From: Phaeosaccion multiseriatum
Lineage: Eukaryota > Protista > Ochrophyta, other classes
DNA length: 64,000 nucleotides
Assembly: GCA_965112735.1 (NCBI GenBank)
Contig: OZ218963.1
Location: 1 to 64,000 of the forward strand
Direction of reading: 5' to 3'
Shown one piece after another: positions 14,201 through 25,300 of the stretch. Under the pieces are notes generated by a model, which saw only the letters and a program-made list of their open reading frames with translations, had not been told where the DNA came from and ran no database searches. A program made the translations under genes and the position numbers. Position 1 is the stretch's first letter. Each line of letters starts with the position of its first letter.

Positions 14201-17200
14201 TCTCCACTGGTTCTCGAGTCCTGAGGCCTCGGACGAAGTGGTTCTCCACTGGTTTTCGAGTCCTGAGGCCGCGGACGAAGTGGTTCTTCACTGGTTCTCG
14301 CGTCCTGAGGCCTCGGACGAAGTGGTTCTCAAGTGGTTCTCGAGTCCTGAGGCCTCGGACGAAGTGGTTCTCCACTGGTTCTCGAGTCCTGAGGCCCCGG
14401 ACGAAGTGGTTCTCCACTGGTTCTCGCGTCCTGAGGCCTCGGACGAAGTGGTTCTCAAGTGGTTCTCGAGTCCTGAGGCCGCGGACGAAGTGGTTCTCCA
14501 CTGGTTCTCGCGTCCTGAGGCCTCGGAAGAAGTGGTTCTCATGTGGTTCTCGGGTCCTGAGGCCTCGGTGGAAGTGGTTCTCAAGTGGTTCTCGGGTCCT
14601 GAGGCCTCGGACGAAGTGGTTCTCAAGTGGTTCTCGAGTCCTGAGGCCGCGGACGAAGTGGTTCTCCACTGGTTCTCGCGTCCTGAGGCCTCGGACGAAG
14701 TGGTTCTCAAGTGGTTCTCGAGTCCTGAGGCCTCGGACGAAGTGGTTCTCCACTGGTTCTCGAGTCCTGAGGCCGCGGACGAAGTGGTTCTCCACTGGTT
14801 CTCGAGTCCTGAGGCCTCGGACGAAGTGGTTCTCAAGTGGTTCTCGGGTCCTGAGGCCTCGGACGAAGTGGTTCTCAAGTGGTTCTCGAGTCCTGAGGCC
14901 GCGGACGAAGTGGTTCTCCACTGGTTCTCGCGTCCTGAGGCCTCGGACGAAGTGGTTCTCAAGTGGTTCTCGAGTCCTGAGGCCCCGGACGAAGTGGTTC
15001 TCCACTGGTTCTCGAGTCCTGAGGCCCCGGACGAAGTGGTTCTCCACTGGTTCTCGCGTCCTGAGGCCTCGGACGAAGTGGTTCTCAAGTGGTTCTCGAG
15101 TCCTGAGGCCGCGGACGAAGTGGTTCTCCACTGGTTCTCGCGTCCTGAGGCCTCGGAAGAAGTGGTTCTCATGTGGTTCTCGGGTCCTGAGGCCTCGGTG
15201 GAAGTGGTTCTCAAGTGGTTCTCGGGTCCTGAGGCCTCGGACGAAGTGGTTCTCAAGTGGTTCTCGAGTCCTGAGGCCGCGGACGAAGTGGTTCTCCACT
15301 GGTTCTCGCGTCCTGAGGCCTCGGACGAAGTGGTTCTCAAGTGGTTCTCGAGTCCTGAGGCCTCGGACGAAGTGGTTCTCCACTGGTTCTCGAGTCCTGA
15401 GGCCGCGGACGAAGTGGTTCTCCACTGGTTCTCGAGTCCTGAGGCCTCGGACGAAGTGGTTCTCAAGTGGTTCTCGGGTCCTGAGGCCTCGGACGAAGTG
15501 GTTCTCAAGTGGTTCTCGAGTCCTGAGGCCGCGGACGAAGTGGTTCTCCACTGGTTCTCGCGTCCTGAGGCCTCGGACGAAGTGGTTCTCAAGTGGTTCT
15601 CGAGTCCTGAGGCCCCGGACGAAGTGGTTCTCCACTGGTTCTCGAGTCCTGAGGCCCCGGACGAAGTGGTTCTCCACTGGTTCTCGCGTCCTGAGGCCTC
15701 GGACGAAGTGGTTCTCAAGTGGTTCTCGAGTCCTGAGGCCGCGGACGAAGTGGTTCTCCACTGGTTCTCGCGTCCTGAGGCCTCGGAAGAAGTGGTTCTC
15801 ATGTGGTTCTCGGGTCCTGAGGCCTCGGTGGAAGTGGTTCTCAAGTGGTTCTCGGGTCCTGAGGCCTCGGACGAAGTGGTTCTCAAGTGGTTCTCGAGTC
15901 CTGAGGCCGCGGACGAAGTGGTTCTCCACTGGTTCTCGCGTCCTGAGGCCTCGGACGAAGTGGTTCTCAAGTGGTTCTCGAGTCCTGAGGCCTCGGACGA
16001 AGTGGTTCTCAAGTGGTTCTCGAGTCCTGAGGCCTCGGACGAAGTGGTTCTCCACTGGTTCTCGCGTCCTGAGGCCTCGGACGAAGTGGTTCTCAAGTGG
16101 TTCTCGAGTCTTGAGGCCTCGGACGAAGTGGTTCTCCACTGGTTCTCGCGTCCTGAGGCCTCGGACGAAGTGGTTCTCAAGTGGTTCTCGAGTCCTGAGG
16201 CCTCGGACGAAGTGGTTCTCAACTGCTTCTCGGGTCCTGAGGCCTCGGACGAAGTGGTTCTCAAGTGGTTCTCGAGTCCTGAGGCCTCGGACGAAGTGGT
16301 TCTCAAGTGGTTCTCGAGTCCTGAGGCCTCGGACGAAGTGGTTCTCCACTGGTTCTCGAGTCCTGAGGCCTCGGACGAAGTGGTTCTCCACTGGTTCTCG
16401 AGTCCTGAGGCCGCGGACGAAGTGGTTCTCCACTGGTTCTCGCGTCCTGAGGCCTCGGACGAAGTGGTTCTCCACTGGTTCTCGAGTCCTGAGGCCTCGG
16501 TGGAAGTGGTTCTCCACTGGTTCTCGCGTCCTGAGGCCTCGGACGAAGTGGTTCTCAAGTGGTTCTCGAGTCCTGAGGCCTCGGACGAAGTGGTTCTCCA
16601 CTGGTTCTCGCGTCCTGAGGCCCCGGACGAAGTGGTTCTCCACTGGTTCTCGAGTCCTGAGGCCCCGGACGAAGTGGTTCTCCACTGGTTCTCGCGTCCT
16701 GAGGCCACGGACGAAGTGGTTCTCCACTGGTTCTCGAGTCCTGAGGCCTCGGACGAAGTGGTTCTCAAGTGGTTCTCGGGTCCTGAGGCCTCGGACGAAG
16801 TGGTTCTCAAGTGGTTCTCGAGTCCTGAGGCCGCGGACGAAGTGGTTCTCCACTGGTTCTCGCGTCCTGAGGCCTCGGAGGAAGTGGTTCTCAAGTGGTT
16901 CTCGAGTCCTGAGGCCTCGGACGAAGTGGTTCTCAAGTGGTTCTCGAGTCCTGAGGCCGCGGACGAAGTGGTTCTCCACTGGTTCTCGAGTCCTGAGGCC
17001 TCGGACGAAGTGGTTCTCCACTGGTTCTCGAGTCCTGAGGCCGCGGACGAAGTGTTCCTCCACTGGTTCTCGCGTCCTGAGGCCTCGGACGAAGTGGTTC
17101 TCAAGTGGTTCTCGAGTCCTGAGGCCCCGGACGAAGTGGTTCTCCACTGGTTCTCGCGTCCTGAGGCCTCGGACGAAGTGGTTCTCAAGTGGTTCTCGAG

Positions 17201-20200
17201 TCCTGAGGCCTCGGACGAAGTGGTTCTCCACTGGTTCTCGCGTCCTGAGGCCTCGGACGAAGTGGTTCTCCACTGGTTCTCGAGTCCTGAGGCCTCGGAC
17301 GAAGTGGTTCTCAAGTGGTTCTCGAGTCCTGAGGCCGCGGACGAAGTGGTTCTCCACTGGTTCTCGAGTCCTGAGGCCGCGGACGAAGTGGTTCTCAAGT
17401 GGTTCTCGAGTCCTGAGGCCCCGGACGAAGTGGTTCTCCACTGGTTCTCGCGACCTGAGGCCTCGGACGAAGTGGTTCTCAAGTGGTTCTCGAGTCCTGA
17501 GGCCTCGGACGAAGTGGTTCTCCACTGGTTCTCGCGTCCTGAGGCCTCGGACGAAGTGGTTCTCCACTGGTTCTCGAGTCCTGAGGCCTCGGAGGAAGTG
17601 GTTCTCAAGTGGTTCTTGAGTCCTGAGGCCTCGGACGAAGTGGTTCTCAAGTGGTTCTCGGGTCATGAGGCCTCGGACGAAGTGGTTCTCAAGTGGTTCT
17701 CGAGTCCTGAGGCCGCGGACGAAGTGGTGCTCCACTGGTTCTCACGTCCTGAGGGCGCGGACGAAGTGGTTCTTCACTGGTTCTCGCGTCCTGAGGCCTC
17801 GGACGAAGTGGTTCTCAAGTGGCTCTCGAGTCCTGAGGCCTCGGACGAAGTGGTTCTCAAGTGGTTCTCGAGTCCTGAGGCCTCGGACGAAGTGGTTCTC
17901 CACTGGTTCTCGAGTCCTGAGGCCTCGGACGAAGTGATTCTCCACTGGTTCTCGAGTCCTGAGGCCTCGGACGAAGTGGTTCTCAAGTGGTTCTCGAGTC
18001 CTGAGGCCGCGGACGAAGTGGTTCTCCACTGGTTCTCGAGTCCTGAGGCCTCGGACGAAGTGGTTCTCCACTGGTTCTCGAGTCCTGAGGCCGCGGACGA
18101 AGTGTTCCTCCACTGGTTCTCGCGTCCTGAGGCCTCGGACGAAGTGGTTCTCAAGTGGTTCTCGAGTCCTGAGGCCTCGGACGAAGTGGTTCTCCACTGG
18201 TTCTCGAGTCCTGAGGCCTCGGACGAAGTGGTTCTCCACTGGTTCTCGAGTCCTGAGGCCGCGGACGAAGTGGTTCTTCACTGGTTCTCGCGTCCTGAGG
18301 CCTCGGACGAAGTGGTTCTCAAGTGGTTCTCGAGTCCTGAGGCCTCGGACGAAGTGGTTCTCCACTGGTTCTCGAGTCCTGAGGCCCCGGACGAAGTGGT
18401 TCTCCACTGGTTCTCGCGTCCTGAGGCCTCGGACGAAGTGGTTCTCAAGTGGTTCTCGAGTCCTGAGGCCGCGGACGAAGTGGTTCTCCACTGGTTCTCG
18501 CGTCCTGAGGCCTCGGAAGAAGTGGTTCTCATGTGGTTCTCGGGTCCTGAGGCCTCGGTGGAAGTGGTTCTCAAGTGGTTCTCGGGTCCTGAGGCCTCGG
18601 ACGAAGTGGTTCTCAAGTGGTTCTCGAGTCCTGAGGCCGCGGACGAAGTGGTTCTCCACTGGTTCTCGCGTCCTGAGGCCTCGGACGAAGTGGTTCTCAA
18701 GTGGTTCTCGAGTCCTGAGGCCTCGGACGAAGTGGTTCTCCACTGGTTCTCGAGTCCTGAGGCCGCGGACGAAGTGGTTCTCCACTGGTTCTCGAGTCCT
18801 GAGGCCTCGGACGAAGTGGTTCTCAAGTGGTTCTCGGGTCCTGAGGCCTCGGACGAAGTGGTTCTCAAGTGGTTCTCGAGTCCTGAGGCCGCGGACGAAG
18901 TGGTTCTCCACTGGTTCTCGCGTCCTGAGGCCTCGGACGAAGTGGTTCTCAAGTGGTTCTCGAGTCCTGAGGCCCCGGACGAAGTGGTTCTCCACTGGTT
19001 CTCGAGTCCTGAGGCCCCGGACGAAGTGGTTCTCCACTGGTTCTCGCGTCCTGAGGCCTCGGACGAAGTGGTTCTCAAGTGGTTCTCGAGTCCTGAGGCC
19101 GCGGACGAAGTGGTTCTCCACTGGTTCTCGCGTCCTGAGGCCTCGGAAGAAGTGGTTCTCATGTGGTTCTCGGGTCCTGAGGCCTCGGTGGAAGTGGTTC
19201 TCAAGTGGTTCTCGGGTCCTGAGGCCTCGGACGAAGTGGTTCTCAAGTGGTTCTCGAGTCCTGAGGCCGCGGACGAAGTGGTTCTCCACTGGTTCTCGCG
19301 TCCTGAGGCCTCGGACGAAGTGGTTCTCAAGTGGTTCTCGAGTCCTGAGGCCTCGGACGAAGTGGTTCTCCACTGGTTCTCGAGTCCTGAGGCCGCGGAC
19401 GAAGTGGTTCTCCACTGGTTCTCGAGTCCTGAGGCCTCGGACGAAGTGGTTCTCAAGTGGTTCTCGGGTCCTGAGGCCTCGGACGAAGTGGTTCTCAAGT
19501 GGTTCTCGAGTCCTGAGGCCGCGGACGAAGTGGTTCTCCACTGGTTCTCGCGTCCTGAGGCCTCGGACGAAGTGGTTCTCAAGTGGTTCTCGAGTCCTGA
19601 GGCCCCGGACGAAGTGGTTCTCCACTGGTTCTCGAGTCCTGAGGCCCCGGACGAAGTGGTTCTCCACTGGTTCTCGCGTCCTGAGGCCTCGGACGAAGTG
19701 GTTCTCAAGTGGTTCTCGAGTCCTGAGGCCGCGGACGAAGTGGTTCTCCACTGGTTCTCGCGTCCTGAGGCCTCGGAAGAAGTGGTTCTCATGTGGTTCT
19801 CGGGTCCTGAGGCCTCGGTGGAAGTGGTTCTCAAGTGGTTCTCGGGTCCTGAGGCCTCGGACGAAGTGGTTCTCAAGTGGTTCTCGAGTCCTGAGGCCGC
19901 GGACGAAGTGGTTCTCCACTGGTTCTCGCGTCCTGAGGCCTCGGACGAAGTGGTTCTCAAGTGGTTCTCGAGTCCTGAGGCCTCGGACGAAGTGGTTCTC
20001 AAGTGGTTCTCGAGTCCTGAGGCCTCGGACGAAGTGGTTCTCCACTGGTTCTCGCGTCCTGAGGCCTCGGACGAAGTGGTTCTCAAGTGGTTCTCGAGTC
20101 TTGAGGCCTCGGACGAAGTGGTTCTCCACTGGTTCTCGCGTCCTGAGGCCTCGGACGAAGTGGTTCTCAAGTGGTTCTCGAGTCCTGAGGCCTCGGACGA

Positions 20201-21184
20201 AGTGGTTCTCAACTGCTTCTCGGGTCCTGAGGCCTCGGACGAAGTGGTTCTCAAGTGGTTCTCGAGTCCTGAGGCCTCGGACGAAGTGGTTCTCAAGTGG
20301 TTCTCGAGTCCTGAGGCCTCGGACGAAGTGGTTCTCCACTGGTTCTCGAGTCCTGAGGCCTCGGACGAAGTGGTTCTCCACTGGTTCTCGAGTCCTGAGG
20401 CCGCGGACGAAGTGGTTCTTCACTGGTTCTCGCGTCCTGAGGCCTCGGACGAAGTGGTTCTCAAGTGGTTCTCGAGTCCTGAGGCCTCGGACGAAGTGGT
20501 TCTCAAGTGGTTCTCGAGTCCTGAGGCCTCGGACGAAGTGGTTCTCAAGTGGTTCTCGAGTCCTGAGGCCTCGGACGAAGTGGTTCTCCACTGGTTCTCG
20601 CGTCCTGAGGCCTCGGACGAAGTGGTTCTCCACTGGTTCTCGAGTCCTGAGGCCTCGGACGAAGTGGTTCTCAAGTGGTTCTCGAGTCCTGAGGCCTCGG
20701 ACGAAGTGGTTCTCCACTGGTTCTTGCGTCCTGAGGCCTCGGACGAAGTGGTTCTCAAGTGGTTCTCGAGTCCTGAGGCCTCGGACGAAGTGGTTCTCAA
20801 GTGGTTCTCGAGTCCTGAGGCCTCGGACGAAGTGGTTCTCAAGTGGTTCTCGGGTCATGAGGCCTCGGACGAAGTGGTTCTCAAGTGGTTCTCGAGTCCT
20901 GAGGCCGCGGACGAAGTGGTGCTCCACTGGTTCTCACGTCCTGAGGCCGCGGACGAAGTGGTTCTTCACTGGTTCTCGCGTCCTGAGGCCTCGGACGAAG
21001 TGGTTCTCAAGTGGCTCTCGAGTCCTGAGGCCTCGGACGAAGTGGTTCTCAAGTGGTTCTCGAGTCCTGAGGCCTCGGACGAAGTGGTTCTCCACTGGTT
21101 CTCGAGTCCTGAGGCCTCGGACGAAGTGATTCTCCACTGGTTCTCGAGTCCTGAGGCCTCGGACGAAGTGGTTCTCAAGTGGTT
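8232..21184. repeat. Subtelomeric 42-bp tandem satellite, ~308 copies
   Basis: Consensus GAAGTGGTTCTC(AAG/CAC)TGGTTCTCG(A/C/G)GTCCTGAGGCC(T/G/C)CGGAC. Variation is by substitution only. The array ends abruptly at ...CTCAAGTGGTT|ATACAC. Confidence 0.99.
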
Positions 21185-22395
21185 ATACACGACTGTGTCG
21201 GACTTGTTTGCTTTTCTATCTAGTATGGGGTGTAGCGTATTGAGCCTTGTTTGGTTGCCTCCCCACAGAGTGGCTCGGCAAGGGGGGATCTGGCTGTGGT
21301 GGAGCTGGGGTGGGCTCATTACGTAGTTAAGGGTGGGAACTGGATCCTGGGGAGGCGGTCTCGGGTCTCCCTCACTCCTGAACCCGTATAGACAAAGTGG
21401 AAAGCTTCCTTACCTCAAGGAAGCTTCCAGGGGCTTAGGGTGGGAGAGCTTCAGCCTTAATATATCAGTGTTCTAGTATCACTTCTCGCCCCTCTCTCCT
21501 TATGGTACGGGAACGCCCCGGCCTGCGCTCAGATTGGGGGTATCTTCCTACTCTTAGGCAGAGGGAGGTAGCGGCCCCACAGTGCCATGTCACCACTATC
21601 TACTCAGCACTGAAGTGGCACCAAGGCGTAGTGAGGAGAGCGGAGAGGAGAGTGGAGGGTGGAGTGGAGATAAGGGGGGGAGCATGGGGGCACAGGAGAG
21701 GGATTGGGCTGCTGAAAGGAGGCCGCCTCAGGTGGGTCTCTGTTGACTTCGGTGCACTTTCATGAACGGAGCTCTCAATTATGTATCGCATATAATGTTG
21801 GTGGCCTCTAGACTACCCATCGGAACATGGTACTTTGTCCACACGAACACGCCGTCACTCACTCACTTACTCCCTTCCTACAATGGCATTCGAGAGGTGA
21901 CAGTCCGGTCGCGGCTTGCAAGGCACTGTCCGCTCCCTTCCTCTGCTGTGAGCCCTCCTCTTTCGTTTCGGTTTCAATTTCCTGGCCCTTTGCAAGCCGA
22001 CTGCCAAGCTGAAGAAGCCCAGCCACCTCCTGATGCTAAGGGAGAGAGGGCCATGAAAAGCCATGCGCAGGCAGGGGCCCACGTCTGTGTCTGCCCTTCC
22101 GCACTTCCACGCCCGGGCGGGCCATCTGCGGCCACCATTGCTTCATTATGTTCTTTGCTGTTTGTTTGTATCTCCGTGGTGCCACCGCAGTGTGTTTTGC
22201 TCGCACCGACTGCGGGCATACAGGCAGGCACATTCCCCATTGGAGCCCTCTTTGCTTCTTACTCAGCCAAGGCCTTCTGTCTTGCCCCTGGCGTGTTTGG
22301 CACCCAAGGCAGTCCCTTTGCTTGGCTTACTGGCTGCTCGTGTCGCACATGGCCCTGGACTGCCTCTCATCGCACATGACACCCCACGCTCGCTC

Positions 22396-25300
22396 TCACC
22401 CCGCCGCGCCCCGACTTGGTCTCCTGCGCGGCAGAGGCGTTGTGCAAGCCCCCCGCTCTACCGTTGCTGACATTACTGCCGATACCCCACTCGGGGGGCC
22501 CTCCTTTGACATCCTAACGTCCTCACCCAGCGCAATTGTGGACAGCGAGACTTGTAAGGCTGGGCTCACCACTACACCACTGTCTGCTTCTGCCTGGGCG
22601 CCCCAGTCACCCGCCCCGCTGCCGTGAGGTAGGCAAGTAAGACCAGCGGTCGATGCGACGGGGGTTGGGGCCGTGTGTTCCGTCGTGACGGACGCGAGAC
22701 TGATTGAGCTGCTCACTTGGGCTGATTGGGCATTGGCAAGGCTCGGGCCGCTATGTACACTGCCATCGGCTCTCAAGCCTCCGCTAAGCCCCCCTGGGGA
22801 CGAGCAGGAGAAGGACGAGGGAGAGGAGCACAGGGACGCCCCCCCTTCCTGCTGGTCCCGGCCCTCACCCTCATCCTGACTCTGACCCTGACCCTGACCC
22901 TGGCCCGGCTGAGGCGGAGCCTGCGGGTCGTGGTGGTACTCGTGGTTGTGGATGTGCACCTTCCTGGTCCCTCTGCCCCTCCGCTTGGCCTTGACGATTC
23001 TCCTTCCTGTGGGCTTCTTGTCTGCCATATCACCAACAACTGCAGTGGTTCCAGTCGCCAAAGGCGGGAGCTGACCCCGCCCTTTCCGGGGGCTATCCCC
23101 GAGAGCTGTGGCCCCTCCTCCTCCCATCTCAGAGCCACTCACCCCTCCCTCCCCTCCTCCCGCCGGGAACAGCTTCCTCACGGCGGTGCTGCGGAAGGGA
23201 GTGCCCTCCGCGCCATGAGACCCTGCCACATGCCCCCCCCCCTGGGGCATTGGGCCCACTCCTTCGCCCCGGGGCCACATCGTGGACGCTTGCGAGTCGT
23301 CGCTCTTGCCACAAGAAGCAGCAGCAGGAGTAGCAGGACCAGCAGCGGGATCAACAGATGGTGATATAATAGGAGAAGGGGCAAGGCCAAGGGCGGCGCG
23401 TGCGTCAAGCGGGTTGGGAGCGAAAAGCTCGAGGGGAGAAGGCGCGTTTGGCCCGTCCCTTAGACCAGCGCCGCCCGTTACGGCAGTCTCCGGATGGCCT
23501 GGCTGTGGCTCAAAACGCACCGTACACGGCTCGGCGGACATGACTCGACGGTGATAGAGCCCCGCTGTGTGGAGTGGAGTCGCCATTTGTTTAGGTGTGC
23601 AGGACGAGGTGCGAGTTTGTTTAGGTGCGCAGGACGAGGTGCGAGGGAGACTTAGGAGGGCGGGTACAGTCAGGTCCTGCCTTGGGGTGCCTTCGCTTCG
23701 TCCAACGCGTCAGGCATGCACTCACTCACGCACGCACGCACGCACGTACGCACTCCCACTCCCACTCGTAGTAACACTCACACGCGTGCACGCACTCCCA
23801 CTCCACTCTTAGTCACACTCATGCACGCCCATACTCGCATTCCCACTCACACCAACACTCGCTTTCACACACACACTCGCATTCGAAGCGCTACTCACAC
23901 TCACTCTCCCGCACCCACCCACGCACACACGAGCACACGCAAACTCACCGGACTCTTGCTTTTCCGCTTCGTCGCCGTCGTCGGATGTGAAGGACGGCTT
24001 GGCCCCCTCGGAGAGAGGCAGCCCTTGCGCTCGGGCAGAGCCTGCTTGGTGTCAAGGACGGAGGGGCAGGCGAGGAGGGGAAGAGGCGACGGAAGTGAGC
24101 GAGAGGAAGTGGGGGACTTGAAAGGGAGGGGAGTCCGGCGGCTGTCCGTTCGGCTATTCTCTATGTGGTACAGATCGTGTGTGTGTATGTGCGTGTGTGT
24201 GTGCTGCCATTCATACAGCACAGGAACTAGGTGATAATCTGAGAAGATGATGCACAAGGCCAGCCTGGACGGTGGAGAGAGAAGGGCAGACCACTCGCCC
24301 GCCCCGCTGCAGGCATATGGGCCAAGGCTACAGCATGCAACTATCGAGCCCCCAGTCGGGCAACGGGCCAGAGTAAGAGCAAGTGCAAGAGCAAGAGCAA
24401 GGAGCAAGGACATAGGGCACCATCTCCGGTCCATATACACACGCACACACTCACGCACACAGTCATGTTCACGCACCTCTCCTTTGCTTGCCGTGCCCTT
24501 GTCCATTCTGGCCTTCCTTTGCCCCTCCCGCCCCTGCTCCACTGCCGTTGAGCCCCTGTTCCTCCGCCACCTCCCCCCCCTCTCCACCGAGAAGCTTGGT
24601 GTGTGCGTGGCCGAGCGGGATGCGTCCCACGAGCCCGTGCAGACCGCCGAGGAGGGACGTGCGTCGACCCGCAATGGATGCGCGGCGGAAGTAGAACTTA
24701 ATCTGTTTGGGTGGGGGGATTGTTGGAATCAAGGAAAGGCGTAAGTAAGCAGCAAAGGCCAAATGGCATTGACATGGCATGGTGAGCCGCTATGAGAGAT
24801 GTACAGGTCTGCTGAGAGAGAGGAGGAGACATGTGCTGCTCAGAGAGAGAGAGAGCGCGCGCAGCACCACATCTTCTCGCACTCCCCACTCTCTTTCTCT
24901 CCCGTACCCACGCATTGGACCCCCCCTTCTTGGTTCACCCTGACACCAAAGCACTCTGCCCCACCCCCCCCCCCCATGTACTACTGCCCACCCACCCCCC
25001 GTTATAGTACGGCTTCACCGCCACGTACCCCTCCGCCTTCGTCTTGGCCATTGCCCTGAGCGGTGGTGGCGTCTTTCGCATCATCCTCGTGCATCGTGGC
25101 GTGTGGCTTTTCGTCCGGTTCGTACGCCTACCCAGGGGGGTGGAGGCAAACCCAGGGGGTGGAGACAAACCCAGGGGGGTGGAGGCAAACCCAGGGGGTT
25201 GGGAGGTAGATACAGGGGGGAGGGGGGGTCGATGCAGGGAGCAAGGGGGTGAGGGTAGACCCAAGGGAGGGAAGGAGGGATGAAGGGCTGCTACCTCGGC

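Noticed and set aside
7305-20927. Long minus-strand ORFs (ENHFVRGLRTREP.., RTTSSEASG.., GL/VR dipeptide tails)
   Set aside because: By-products of stop-poor repeats whose length is a multiple of 3; they have non-ATG starts and no independent coding evidence.
8232-21184. CRISPR-like array (palindromic ~40-bp repeats)
   Set aside because: Units are head-to-tail with no unique spacers, there are no cas genes, and the context is a eukaryotic subtelomere.
21185-22395. Telomere-associated retroelement or helicase next to the satellite
   Set aside because: No RT, endonuclease, helicase, LTR or poly(A) signature; the short ORFs are featureless.
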